Shown here: piece after piece, positions 1 through 12,356 of the stretch | How the letters are laid out: each line of letters starts with the position of its first letter | How positions within the stretch are numbered: position 1 is the stretch's first letter | Source of the DNA: Malacoraja senta | Taxonomy: Eukaryota | DNA length: 64,000 nucleotides | Reading direction: 5' to 3' | Assembly (NCBI GenBank): GCA_038087875.1 | Contig: CM075987.1 | Coordinates: forward strand, 19,656,001-19,720,000 | Program-made: the position numbers and the translations under genes | Notes under the pieces: generated by a model | Databases searched by the model: none | What the model was told of the DNA's origin: nothing | Seen by the model: the letters and a program-made list of their open reading frames with translations, nothing else

Positions 1-1234
1 TCCAACACTTGTATTTTGTTCAAGATTCCAGCATCTGCAGTTCTTTGTGTCTCCTCTAAAAGCTTGCATGCTTGGGTCATTTTTGAAGATTTAAAGACCA
101 AGTTTAATAGATTTTTGTTAGCTTTTGTTATGAATGAGTACTCGGCACATCTGGTAAATAGAGGTGAAGCATAGATCAACAATAATCCACTTGAATGGCA
201 ATGCTGGCTTACTGGGTGGCGACTCTTCTTAATATTCCTAATCACTGAAATCATTGAGCAGGGGTTATTTTTCTCCCTTCAAACTTGGAGAAGACATTGA
301 TTCCCTGTGGGGTTTACTTTGGACTGCACTGGATTTTGTATTGAAAGCTAGTCAATGCCTCCCTTTCATTCATGGCTCTGAAGACAGTGAAGGGTAGCAT
401 GGAGTGACAGCAGCGCTGCAGAATAGGCAACATCTGCCCTGAAATCTTTGCTTTTAAAAATACTGCAGTTCTTAATCACTAATCCCTTAAGTAGAAGGCA
501 CAAAAGGGGAACAGTTCAATAGGTCTGCATGGTTCTGTATTGAGTTCCTGGCAAAAGGGATTACTTGAAAGAAAAACTAAGGGTGCTTTTTCAGTTGTTT
601 TATTAAACAGAGCATTACTCATCATAAATTGGGGCAGCTCAGAAACGCATAAGACTGGAGCAGTTAAGGTGCCCTGACCCATTCCGTTATCAAGACAATA
701 AAGGCTTTTTAACAAACAAGATTAGTGACCCTCCCATATGTTTTGATGACCCTCACAGATGCAGAGGATAGACAATTTGTTCTTGTGCATTGATTGAAAT
801 CTGTAAGTGGCACCAAGATCAAGTCTTTTCATAACAGTGTGCTTAGTGTGAGTCGTTAAAAGTGAAAGACCCTTTGATTTCCTGTAGACTTGGTTTTGAG
901 TTCTGCATTTCTGCACTTTGGCTCTGGAGAGGAGCCCATTTTGTGTGTGGAACGTTTTCTTATTTTGTGTCACTAGAGGGCCTCAGATACTTTACTTTAA
1001 ATTATTGGTTTGCATTTCCCCAAATGATCACACAACTAGCTCCTTGGAACAGTAGTTTAGCCTTGAATTTGCACTTTATTCCAGAACATGGTCATAGAAG
1101 AAACATTTTATGAATTGCTTTCTTCTTAATATGTTTGCAATAGCCTTTTGTACAGTATTGTTTGATTTGTTTGGATAGCACACAAACAGAAACTTTTCAC
1201 TGTACTTTGGTGCACATGATAATAATAAGCCTAA

Positions 1235-1481
1235 AGGGCCTGTCCCACTTGGCGATTTTTTTCAGCGACTGCTGGCATCATTGACTGACGTATCAGGTCA
1301 CCGAAAATATTGCGGCTTGATGCGGCGTGACGCGGCGTGATGACGTATTGACTCGCGTTGTTTTTTCAAGTGTCGCAACATTTTTTTTGTTGCCGCTGGA
1401 TTTTGAAATGTTCAAAATCTTTTGGCGACTCTGATATGACACCGGCAGTCGCCGAAAAAATCGGCAAGTGGAGCAGGCTCT
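1235..1481. mobile_element. PIF/Harbinger-type MITE, copy 1
   Basis: Imperfect long terminal inverted repeats (AGGGCCTGTCCCACTTGGCGATTTTT... / ...AAAAAATCGGCAAGTGGAGCAGGCTCT), TAA on both sides (1232-1234, 1482-1484). A close second copy lies at 56730-56982. A TWA target duplication is typical of PIF/Harbinger. Confidence 0.8.
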
Positions 1482-1659
1482 TAAATCTAAACCACCATGA
1501 GAAAGATTGCAGTAAATTAGCAATATTGTGTGGGAGTTGATTGTTTTGACACAAGGTGGACAGTTACAGTGAATAAATAAGGACAAATTAGTGAGATTTT
1601 CATTTCAAGCGCACTGGGTGCTATGAAGCTTAGACCAAAGTATTTTTTTCATCGGTTGT

Positions 1660-1870
1660 AATATTGGAAATGCATCAGTCAGTTTACAAATAGCAAGCTC
1701 CCACTAACAGCGATGCGAGGATGACAAGTTAACCATTTTAAATTATATTAGTTAAGAAATACTCATCACTCAAAGCTCCCCTGTCCTTTGAAATCGTGGC
1801 CACAAACACTTTGCATCCACTTAAGAAGACAGGTTTAACAACTCATCCAAAAGACATAAGCCTGGATTAC
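1660..1870 (+). mobile_element. Old DeuSINE-like (SacSINE1/AmnSINE-type) remnant
   Basis: Degenerate match to the Deu-domain pattern as I recall it (GCAAGCTCCCACTAACAGC...CATCCACTTAAGA...GGTTTAAC..CTCATCCAAAAGAC). Related pieces at about 9700-9880 and 43020-43300. Confidence 0.55.
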
Positions 1871-2807
1871 GTGCCTCAGCTGCTTTGTATTGTAGAAATT
1901 GCACTCGGACCTACTGTCGCACACACACACACGTATTTCTTTGGGTGAAAGCTAAAATTACGTGAAAAGTCTTAATTTATAACTTTCTAGACCTAACGTA
2001 TTCACAAAGGCTAAATGGTAAGCAGCAATATAGGCAGTGTAAAATACAGTGACTGGGCTGTAGTTGCCAGCAAAGCAGAGGTCTTGATTCTAAAATGTGT
2101 TAGATGGTAACTGCTGTGATCAAGGCCTGGGCGCCTGGTGGAGTTTTTGACCTGAGGGGTGGAACAAGTGGTGATGCTCGTCCAATAACACATAATAGCA
2201 TTGTTTATCTTCAGTTTGGAAGATTAGATTAATTTGACAGAGCTGAAATTGTTTACCATCATTGCAAATCTTCACGCTTAAAGAGCTTAGCGGTGATCTG
2301 GTAAAACTCAAACTATCTGGGTATTGTTTCTCATCCAGTCTTGAAAATATAGCAAGTTTTGCAAACCCTAAGGCACTGGTATTTTTCATTTGAATTAATG
2401 GAGGTGGGAGAGGTGGGGTGAGGGTGAGTGTCTGGTTGATAATGAGGTAGTTCTGATCAGAGTATCTCTTGCCTGGTTTTGTTGCCGATCTGCATTAGCA
2501 GCTGGTTTAGTGAAACCCTGTCTCTGCCTTAAAAAAAACACTCATGCCTACATCCATGTTCATGCTGTATCTATTCACACTTCATCACCTTTTTCTCATT
2601 GTCTAGGTGACAGTTTTTTTTCTGTGAAAATTTGCTTTCACCTTTCTAATGGGAATGCACACATAGTTCCACACCCAAGAAACTGCAAATACTGGAATCT
2701 TGAGCAAAACACAAAGTACTGGAGTAACTCAGCAGGTCAGACAGTGGTTTCCCTACTTTTCTCAAATTGCTTCCAAAAAGCTTTAATCGGAACCCATCAT
2801 TTCCCCC

Positions 2808-2949
2808 TTCTTCTTCTTCTTGAGTATGGCGTGCACAGCCTAAAGTTGTAGGTCAACTTGTTCTATTTGATCTATTTGTTTGTGCACGTCGGGTTGATTG
2901 CATTAGTCGAAACAGGGTGGACTACGTGAAGGTTGCAATCTCCCACCCC
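2808..2949 (-). mobile_element. Short retroposon with 5' HDV-like ribozyme, 3' hairpin and (AAG)n tail
   Basis: The minus strand starts GGGGTGG and ends CAAGAAGAAGAAGAA. Internal CGTGCACA/TGTGCACG stem. Flanks ATTTCCCCC (2799-2807) and AATTCCCCC (2950-2958) match 8/9, a candidate TSD. Confidence 0.75.
2896..2949 (-). ncRNA. Minimal HDV-like self-cleaving ribozyme motif
   Basis: P1 GGGGUGG/CCACCCU with first G-U wobble; P2 GAUUGCA/UGCAAUC; P3 ACC/AGU (one mismatch); L3 UUCACGU; tiny P4 (U-UUCG-A); J4/2 CUAA. Confidence 0.75.
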
Positions 2950-3403
2950 AATTCCCCCTGCAGCTAAGAGTTTCAACATCCCAGTGGTTTAAATTCTTTT
3001 TGATCTAAAATGACCCAATGATTACATGTATCCATTGTGTTTTAACATTTGCATTAATTTTTTCATGAAGATTTTAGCCTCAAACAATAACTTGGGCTTG
3101 CAGTTGATATTTATCTAGGTATGCAAGAGCACGAGTTGTTGGGTCCAACACTCTGCAAGTGGGGGAAATTGAGTGCATAACATCTATCAGTAGTGTGTAC
3201 TTCCTTTCTTCAACTTCCTGCTTATTAGGCTATCTTCAGTCACTCATTTGGAAAACAAACGATCACAAATTAGAAGTTTGATTTTAGTGAAATTCGTGAT
3301 GTCCGTTTTTTCCCAACAAAGTAGCATTGATCTTGTGTGTAAATGAGGGAGAAAACATAGGGTACTCGTCACTCCAGTAGTTATTTTGTAATTTCTAAAA
3401 TAA

Positions 3404-4245
3404 CTCCTGCTCTCCACACCTGGAACACCTGGCTGTGAAGTGCCGTCCCTTCTACCTACCAAGGGAATTCACCTTCATCATCCTGACCGCGGTCTACATC
3501 CTTCCCCAGCCTGATGTCCATCTGGCACTGGGGGAGCTGCACGCCGTGGTCAATAAGCACCAGACGGCTTACCCCGAGGCATTTACCATCAGAGCCGGGG
3601 ATTTTAACAAAGCCAACCTTAAGAAATCGCTCCCTGACTTCCACCAACATGTCTCCTGCAGCACCAGAGGACCAAACACCCTCAGCCATTGCTACACCAC
3701 CATTAAGGATGCCTATCGTTTTATCCCTTGCCCTCACTTTGGTAAATCCGACCATACCGCGGTGCTGCTTCTTCCTGCCTACAGGCAGCAATTGAAGAGC
3801 GCACCCCCTGAGGTGAGGTCTGTTCAGAGCTGGGGGGTGGGGGGGGGGGGCTGAGGAACAACTCCTGGACTGTTTGGAGTCTGTAGACTGGGCAATGTTC
3901 AGGGACTTGGCAACGGACCTGAACGAATACGCCACAGTCGTTACAAACTTTATAAAGAAATCTGTGGAGGACTGCATCCCAACAAAAACCTTCCAAGTGT
4001 TTACCAATCAGAAGTCTTGGATGAACTATGAGATCCCCACTCTTCTGAAGACCAGACACCGGCATTCATGTCCGAAGATACAGCGGTCTACAAGAAGTCC
4101 AGATACGACCTTGGTAAGGTCATCAAAAAGGCCAAAAGGGACTTTTGCCCCAAGCTGGAGGATGAGACGGATGTTCGACAACTGTGGCGGGGCTTGAATG
4201 CCATCACTTCCTACAAGGTCTCTTGAATCTTGAATCTTGAATCTT
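3404..4245 (+). mobile_element. Rex1/Babar-like LINE fragment (APE endonuclease C-terminal half plus linker), frameshifted
   Basis: ORFs 3435-3854 (CRPFYLPREF..AVYI..GDFN..HCY..GKSDH) and 3874-4197, broken at a G-run. Ends in a (TCTTGAA)n tail at about 4221-4245. Confidence 0.8.
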
Positions 4246-4654
4246 AAACTGGCAGGTAGAGAGGTGGTGAGAGAGATACAGTGGGAGGGAGAGAGCAGCA
4301 AGAGAGAGAGAGAGATAGTGAGAGGGGAGCAGGTGAGAGGGAGATTCAGTGAGAAGGCAGAGGAAAGTGAGAGAGTATCTTTCAACACATGTTTGGTGTA
4401 AAAACAAAGTTAAATTCTGAAGCCAACTAGTGGATGGAACCAGTTTCTGTTGACAGAAAAAAGGTCAGTGGTAACAGTGGAGTGTACCATGTCTAAATGT
4501 CCAAGACAAGGAGCGAGAGTTAGACTGGAAGGTGCAAAGATATTCTTATTCTAATTTGCTTTTATAATAATCTCATATTGAAATTAATTAAACCTTGCAG
4601 AAAATATGAGAGAAATGAGATTCAGAGATTTATGCCTCCCTCTTACTTTATATT

Positions 4655-4910
4655 TCACTCCTCTTTGCTCCTTATCTGACACCCTTTTGTCTCCTTTTCA
4701 TCTCTAGCTTTTCTCACTATCTGCTTATCAATCCTGACTCGCCTGTATCCACCTATCACTTGCCGGGTTTTGTCCTGCCCCAACCTCTCTTTTCCAGCTT
4801 TCTTCCCCCAACTACAATCGCTCTGAAGAACGGTTCCAAACCAAAATGTTCCCTCCACTCCATTCCCTCCACAATTGCTGCCTCGTGCACTGAGTTAATC
4901 CAGCACTTAC
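4655..4910 (+). mobile_element. Degenerate Penelope-like 3' end / pLTR fragment
   Basis: Pyrimidine-rich tract, then a decayed CTGAAGAA..hairpin..AAAATGT motif and CTGAGTTA.TCCAGCA, as in the better-preserved copies in this window. Confidence 0.55.
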
Positions 4911-5607
4911 AAGACAGTGAGAAAACTAGAGAGACAGAGGGTTGAGTAGTGGACCTGGCAACCTGAGGAGGTTGAGGACAGTGTGTAAGGGAAAACTGGA
5001 ATTGAGAGATGGAGGATATAGAGAGATACATTTAAGAAAGGTTAAGAGTGAAGAAAGATAAAATATGACCTAATTTAGAGTGGAATTAAAAGAGAGAGTT
5101 GTGTTAAAAGAAATTGGTTGAGAGAAACAGTTGTTTAAAGGAGAGGGAAAAGGATTGGAAGGTTAAAAGAAGAGTTTCTATTAAGATTTGGGGGTTGCTC
5201 TATATTATTTGGAATAGGACAGGGATAAGAGGCTGGATTCCGTAACAAAGTCTAAGGGGCAATGTCCTCCTTGGTGCAGCCAACCTCAGATTTAAATTGT
5301 ACAGAAAACACCATTAGGCTGTTGGGAGTCGTTACTTGTATTTTGGTCAGAAGATAATGATTGCAGATTTGTCACCTTGGTATTATGGATAAGCTTTTTA
5401 TTTTCATATGTGAAAATGTTGTCTTGCGGGCAAACTAGTCCAAACTTTATTGCTTTTGACAGTGACACGATCAACCCAAATTAGTATCCTGTACTGGAAG
5501 GAAACTGCAGTTTAGTACACCATCTGCTAAGGTGATACAGTTCTGAAGAAAGCTGTTCAACTCATTGAATCTGTTCTGCTTCATCCATCAAGGGCATTTA
5601 ATTGCCA

Positions 5608-6661
5608 GGTAGACACAAAATCCTGGAATAACTCAGCAGGTGAGGCAGCATCTCTGGAGAGAAGGAAAGGGTGACGTTTCGGGTCGAGACCCTTCTTCAG
5701 ACTGATGTCAGGGGAGTGGGCGGGACAAAGATAGATGCTAGACGGGGACAGTAAGACTGTAGGGAGATCTGGGGAGGGGATGGAGAGAGAGGGAAAGCAA
5801 GGGCTATTTGAAGTTAGAGAAGTCAATGTTCATACCGCTGGGGTGTAACCTACCCTAGCGAAATATGAGGTGCTGTTCCTCCAATTTCCACTGGGCCTCA
5901 CTCTGACAATGGAGGAGGCCCAGGACAGAAAGGTCTGATTGGGAATGGGAGGGGGAGTTAAAGTGCTGAGCAACCGGGATATCAGGTAGGTTAAGGCGGA
6001 CTGAGTGGATAGTTCAGCGAAACGATTGCCGAGCCTGCGCTTGGTCTCGCCGATGTACAGAAGTTGACACCTGGGACAGTGGATACAGTAGATGAGGTTG
6101 GAGGAGCAGCAAGTGAACTTCTGCCTCACCTGATAAGACTGTTCGGGTTCTTGGATGGAGTCAAAGGGGGAGGTAAAGGGACAGGTGTTGTATCTCCTGT
6201 GGTTGCAGGGGAAAGTACCTGGGGACGGGGTGGTTTGGGTGGGAAGGGACGAGTTGACCAGGGAGTTGCTGGTGGAACGGTCTCTGCGGAAAGCAGAAAG
6301 GGGTGGAGAAGGGGAGGTGTGGCCCATAGTGGGATCCTGTTGGAGGTGGCGAAAGTGTTGGGGGATTATATGCTGTATGCGACAGCTGATGGGGTGGAAG
6401 GTGAGGACAAGTGGGACTCTGTCCTTGTTGCGAATGGGGGGAGGGGGAGCAAGAGCGGAGCTGCTGGGATATCGCGGAGACCCTAATGAGAGCATCTATA
6501 ATGGAAGAAGGGAACCCCCGTTTCCTAAAGAATGAGGACATCTCCGATGATCTACTATAGAAAACTTCATCCTGGTCGCAGATGCGGCGTAGACAGAGGA
6601 ATTGGGAGTAGGGGATAGAGTCTTTACAGGAAGCAGAGTGGGAAGAAGTGTTGATCTATGC
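5608..6661 (-). mobile_element. Penelope-like element, 5'-truncated (GIY-YIG endonuclease region plus pLTR)
   Basis: ORF 5830-6495 contains SSNLIYCIHCPRCQLLYIGETKRRLGNRFAE. TTAATTGCCA is duplicated at 5598-5607 and 6662-6671 (TSD). Hammerhead motif in the 3' repeat. Confidence 0.88.
5670..5704 (-). ncRNA. Minimal type-I hammerhead ribozyme motif in Penelope pLTR
   Basis: Minus strand reads CAGU CUGAAGA A GGGUCUCGACCC GAAAC GUC ACC: both core boxes, helix II, a palindromic ACGU in place of helix III, and a GUC cleavage triplet. Confidence 0.75.
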
Positions 6662-6782
6662 TTAATTGCCATATGCACGGGGAACAGAACAATGTTATTC
6701 TTACTTGCTGCAGCTTTTACATACCCCCTCCAAAGCAACCGCTACAAGTGTTGCAAAGCTAAAAGCTGCCAGACCTTATGTA

Positions 6783-6913
6783 TTGTGTAGGATAGAACTG
6801 CAGATGCTGGTTTAAATTGAAGGTAGACACAAAATGCTGGAGTAACTCAGCGGGACAGGCTGCATCTATGGAGAGAAGGAATGGGTGATGTTTCAGGTCG
6901 AGACCCTTCTTCG
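6783..6913 (-). mobile_element. Solo Penelope pLTR fragment (about 130 bp)
   Basis: Same terminal repeat as 5608-5704. GACCTTATGTA is duplicated at 6772-6782 and 6914-6924. Confidence 0.75.
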
Positions 6914-6926
6914 GACCTTATGTAGT

Positions 6927-7215
6927 GTTTAGTTTAGAGATACATACAGCTTGGAAGGAGGCCCTTCAGCCCACCGAGTCCATGCTGATCATTGATCACC
7001 CCTACACACACTTGTTATATGTTATCCAACCTTTGCATCCACCTCCTGCATACTGGGCCAATTTACAGAAGCCAATTAATCTATGAACCAGCACGTCTTT
7101 GGGATGTGGAGGAAAGCGAACCACACAGTCACAGAGACAACCTGCAAACTCTACGCAGACAGCACCCGAGGTCAGGGTCGAACCCAGCTCTGGCGCTGTG
7201 GGGCTGCTACTCATC
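6927..7215 (-). mobile_element. tRNA-derived SINE (shark HE1-like), degenerate; repeated at +8858
   Basis: (TTTAG)n tail, and on the minus strand a B-box-like GGTTCGACCC near the head. Related pieces at about 32005-32265, 50380-50650, 58260-58485, 60481-60550 and 63760-63875. Confidence 0.7.
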
Positions 7216-8459
7216 TGTGCCGATTTCCTCTGTAATCTTTGATCCCGCCATAGCGCAGCTACCCTTCTGATTGGCATCGAGAAGGGTTGACGTGCTTGCT
7301 GAACCTACGTTGGCTCAAACCTGAGTGACTCCTTGTCCAATCTCACCGCACTCTTGCCCCACCCCATCTCTTCATCCTTCGCCAGCCCTCTCATCCTCCA
7401 GGATATCTACTTGCCAGTTCTGACCTCTGTACACCTCTAATTTGCTTTTCTATGACTGGCCTCTTGGTCAACTTTAATCTCTCCACCATTTTGCAGCTCA
7501 GATTATAGATGGAAGGACATTAAGCATTGACATTTGCCCCTACATCCCACTCACCTGCTTCTTATAACCTATTGCTTTCACCAAAGATTTGGTGGTCTCT
7601 CTTAATAGGTACCTCAGCATCAGGTAGTGGTTGTTTTTGGAAAAATTCTGCTTCATTACGCATCAAGGTGCAAGTTGCTGTGATGCAGTGGATGGGCCTG
7701 AAGGCTGAACGGTATCAAGGTCAGAAAAATCCAAACATTCTCAGGCATGTTTGTGCAGCAAGATCTGTGAGCCAGGACTCTGTGGTACAGGAGCTATAAG
7801 CTCAGCCTTGTTTTGTATCAGCAGCTGTAGCATGTGACTTAATCCGGCACTCCCACATCAACATAACAGGATGGAGTTAATGTAAGCATTCACTGGGATG
7901 AGTGTAACACTGTGTTCAAGTCCTGGTAGCTAACAGCAGACAAAGGAAGCAATAAAGAAATGGGTGCAATTTTCCAACATTTCGTGTGAAAATATTGCTT
8001 CTGGCATTAAAGACTGGCAGCCACTGTAATACACTCTTTTTAGATTTTTGTTTTACAGAGTTGCTTTTATATTCTTGATTATTTTGTTACAGCTGAGTGA
8101 TAAACTCTCGGTGGAGCATAATAGTGAACTGTGAAGCAGTTCCTAATAGGTTTCAGCACAAGTCCAAGAAACAGGAAGAAAGCCTTAAATGCATAAAAAA
8201 TCCCAAACCAGTCTGAGCAGGGCAGCAGCTGGTACTGGAGAAGCACAAGTGTTTAAGATTCACTCTTAATTTCTCTTTGCTGAACCAAATTACACAAACC
8301 TTAGCTGGTAAATGGAAATGTCAGAGATTTTCTTATATATATTCACCCACAAGATGTGGATGCTGCTGTTAAGGCTATACAGATCGTCCATCACTAATCT
8401 CACCTGAAGTGAATGGCTTGTCAAAGGACAATTAGGCTTCAACCCCCATTAATGGGTAG

Positions 8460-9120
8460 GACGTAGAACAGTACAGCAGGCCCTTCACCTCACGATATCT
8501 GCCAAACATGATGCCAAGTTAAACTAATCACCTTTGCCTGTACGTGATCCATACCACCCCCCATTCTCTGCATATCCATTTGCCTATCTAAAAGCCTCTT
8601 ATATGCCACTATTGTATGCACCTTCACCACCACCCCAGGCCGTACGTTCCAGGCACGCACCACTTTACGTGTAAAACTTTTCCTGCACATCTCCTGTAAA
8701 ATGCCACCTTAAAGCTACAGCGTCTAGTCTTTCCACCTTAGGAAAAAGGTTCTGACTGTCACCCTTATCCATGCCTCTCATAATTTTAGATGCTTCTATC
8801 CGGTCTTTCCTCAACCTCCGACGCTCCAGATAAAACAATCCAAGTTTCTCCAACCTGTCCTTATAGCCAATACCCTCAAGTCCAGGCAGCATTCTGGTAA
8901 GTCTCTTCTGCACCCTCCCACAACCCTCTACATCTTTCCTGTGATAGGGGGTCCAGAACTGCACACATTACTCCAAATGCGGTCTAACCAATGTCCTATA
9001 AAACTGCAACATGACTACCTGACTCTTATACTCAATTGTGTGACCAATGGAGCAAGCATACCATACGCCATCTTTACCACTCTGTCTACTTGCGTTGCCA
9101 CTTTCAGCGAACTACGTACT
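8460..9120 (-). mobile_element. CR1 LINE 3' fragment; repeated at +8858
   Basis: ORF remnants QFWTPYHRKD..RVQKRLTRMLPGL..RRRLR and FTRKVVRAWN, typical of the CR1 ORF2 C-terminus. Confidence 0.85.
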
Positions 9121-9329
9121 TGGATTAATTTATTATAACCCAGAAAGAGGATATTTAGCCCTTTTGATCCTTTCCAGCTCTCAACTGAGCAATCCCATTC
9201 CTCATCTCATTATTTCCCTGTAGTGCTGCAACTTATTTCATATTTTCTCTCACATGCCATTAAATCCTCTTCAACTGGTAACCCACACTAAGGAATAGTA
9301 ACCTCCCAGCATACCAACAGCATCACAGA

Positions 9330-9508
9330 AAGAATGTATTCAAGAGAGAGTTAGATATAGCTCTTAGGGCTAACGGAATCAAGGGATATGAGGAGAAAGG
9401 AGGAATGGGGTACTGATTTTGGATGATCAGCCATGATCATATTATATGGCGGTGCTGGCTCGAAGGGCCGAAAGGCCTACTCCTGCACCTATTTTCTATG
9501 TTTCTATG
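9330..9508 (+). mobile_element. CR1 LINE extreme 3' end; repeated at +8858
   Basis: Matches the 3' ends at 28670-28843 and 30515-30671, including the (TTCTATGT)n tail. Confidence 0.8.
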
Positions 9509-11524
9509 TGCAAACTCCAATGGAGAACCCATGAAGTCAAAATCGAACCTCAGCCCCTAACATACATTTAATTAGGTGAAATGTAGTTACTGTTTTAATG
9601 CAGCAAATGTGATACCCAGGAAGCTGCTGGGAACAGTGAGGTCTGGTCACTTGTTTTGGCGATGTTTACGGAGTGACACAATAAACCTGCTCTTTGCAGC
9701 AGTGCATGGAGTCTTTTGTGCCCATCAAGAGGGAAGCACTCAGTTTAATTCATCCAACAAATGGTACCTCCGACAGAGCAGTCCTTCCTCAGTAAAGGCA
9801 TTATGCTCAACCATAGTCAGCCTGAAATACATGCTGATCAGTGGAAAAGGACTCAGTCGCATGACTACCTGGCACTGAAAAACCTGCACATTGGTCGGAG
9901 TCTACAGCGTAATATGAAAATCATATAAAAAGGCAAGGTGAATCAAAGTCGTATTCATTGAGTTTAAAAACCCATGGAAAGTAGGACGAATGGAAGACCT
10001 GAAGGAGGTTCACATTTTTTTTTCTGAACAGTCTCATATTTGTATTCATTAAATATTTTGCTTGTGTAAAATTCTTCCCACAGTTTCGGAGTGAAATCCC
10101 ACTGGTGAAGTCATTATATTACTCACTCTTCCCTCTACTGAATGTTTCTCAGCTGTTTCTTGTTCCACTATACTCAGTGCTAACCTATTTAGGCTGCTTG
10201 ATTTTGTTTTTCCTCCAGGAACGGCAGGTAAATTATGTAACTGGGGACTTCAACTTCCTGTGCTGAGTCCTAGTCCCCATCAGTTAGAATTCAAAAGTGT
10301 TTTTTTAATCAGGGAAACACAATTTCTGGGGGAAAGCAGTAGCTCTTAAATCTGCAGCAGCTTCATTTTCCCCCACAGAGTTCTTGCGTGGAAAAGAGAA
10401 ATCATAATGTCAACCCTTTAATCAACAGGGAACTGATCAGAGAAGGAGGACTTGGTTGTAAACCATGCACGAGACAAATTATGAAATCTCTGTAAGAGGC
10501 AAAATATAATTCATTCCCCCCCCCCCCCCACCCCTCTTCCCCATGCTCTTCGACTGACACACGACAAGCAATTATTATTCATTTTGACTATTCTGAAACT
10601 TTTTATCTCCATCTCAATTCCCCCTTAATCTGTCCCCGTTCAATTAAGTTAGTGCTTGATTTGCGACTCACAGGCATTAAAGAGCCTTTTCTCTGTGCAA
10701 AAATAACTTGGGCTGCTGTCCTGGAAATGCGATTACAGTAGATACATTTAATAAAATGGCAAGCAGTTAGTCCAGTTTATTTTATTGATATTCCGACTAA
10801 CAATATCTGCTAAGTTCTGAAATGGGCAGTTTGTTGGCAACAGGAAAGCTGTCGGTGGGGAATGTGTTTGAGAAAATATTACCATAACGAGTGAGAGAAG
10901 CCTTTCTTAAATCTCGTGTTATTCTATGGCTAGGTATGTGGTTGAATTGTAAGAGATCGAATGAGTAAACACAGGTGATTGTTTATTTATATTGTTGTTG
11001 ATGGCCGCGTTCCAGGTAATCGAGCCAATTTCCTCAGTGCCAAGATTGCTCCTGAACGGACAGTTTGCCAAGGAGTTTCAGTCTGTGCAACAGCTTTGAT
11101 TAATTAGGCTGTAGATTTAGCAGAGTAAGTTCCATCAAGGTTAAATTAATCATTTTCAGTCTACAGCCTTTAACTTCAAAATCACAATTCAAGGAATGAT
11201 ATGGTCAGTCATTCGCCTACCAAAGATCCAAATTCACAAGGCACTGTGCTTAATATGTTGTACTTATTTCTTTGAAAACTGTTGAAATTATTCTAAATTA
11301 GTACCGAAAAACATTGTTGTACCATTGAGATGGCATTGTTTGTGTTTTAAATTTGGTTGAAGTGAGTTTTCTAATATACTGGCATATGTGGATTATATCT
11401 GGAAAATGAAATAAGCGTTGATGTGGGGCAAAAGTTTAGTTGTGTTTGCACATTCATTGATTGATTTTCTGGGAAGTGTAATGGACTGCAGCGTTTAATG
11501 CCTACTTTCCTTATAACTACAAGA

Positions 11525-11950
11525 GTTAGGTTTAGGTTTATTATTGTCATGCGTGCCGAGGTGCAGTGAAAAGCTTTGTTTTGCTATCCAAACAGATCAA
11601 ATATACCATGCATGAAAACAATCAAGTCAAACTGAAGTAAAATAGATAGAGCAAAGTGGAAGATTCAGAATGCAGAATATAGTTTTCAACATTATACCAC
11701 ACAGTAGCACACCAGTTCCTTAGACAAAGTCCAATGTCCATAAGCCTGATAACAGAGGGGAAGAAGCTGTTTCTGACTCTGGCTGTGTGCGCTTTCAAGA
11801 TTCTGTACCTTTTGCAGGACGGTAGTAGAAGAAGGAATGACCAGAGTGGGAGAAGTCTTTGATTATGTTGGCTGCTTTTCTGAAGTGTGAAATATAGATG
11901 GAGTCAATGATGGGGAAGACTGGTCTATGTGATCTACACCCAGTACATGC
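11525..11950 (-). mobile_element. Rex1/Babar-like LINE 3' fragment; repeated at +8858
   Basis: IDSIYISHFRKAANIIKDFSHSGH remnant. Tail matches the ends of 44005-44840 and 45815-47240. Confidence 0.7.
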
Positions 11951-12223
11951 CATTTTATCAAGTTCACAAATGTCACAGAGTTCAGTTGTGCTGGGGCAGT
12001 GGGTCACAAAGTGACTATTTTTTTAAACATGTTTTATCACACAATATTGACCTTCCCCAATCTGATGTAATATGGGCAAGAATCGAGGTGACGTTCTTTC
12101 TAATCCGAGCAATACACTTTAATTACACAACAGAACAAATCTTTCCCAACTCTCCAGTTTGACATTACCTATTCCCTCAGTAATAGATAATTTGCTTCTG
12201 TGAGTGAACATGGTGAGTGAACA

Positions 12224-12356
12224 CAGTCTGAAGAAGGGTCTTGACCCGAAATGTCACCCATTCCTTCTCCCCAGAGATGCTGCCTGTCCCGGAGTTATTC
12301 CAGCATTTTGTGTCTACCTTCGATTTAAACCAGCAAATTCAGTTGTTTCCTACACA
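12224..12356 (+). mobile_element. Solo Penelope pLTR fragment starting at the hammerhead motif; repeated at +8858
   Basis: CAGTCTGAAGAAGGGTCTTGACCCGAAATGTCACC...CAGCATTTTGTGTCTACC. Confidence 0.75.

Noticed and set aside
4255..4380. GA-rich tract (also 4980-5170) as a functional element
   Set aside because: Low-complexity purine runs with no further structure.
6927..7215. tRNA gene
   Set aside because: Only a degenerate B-box within a multi-copy SINE; no cloverleaf.
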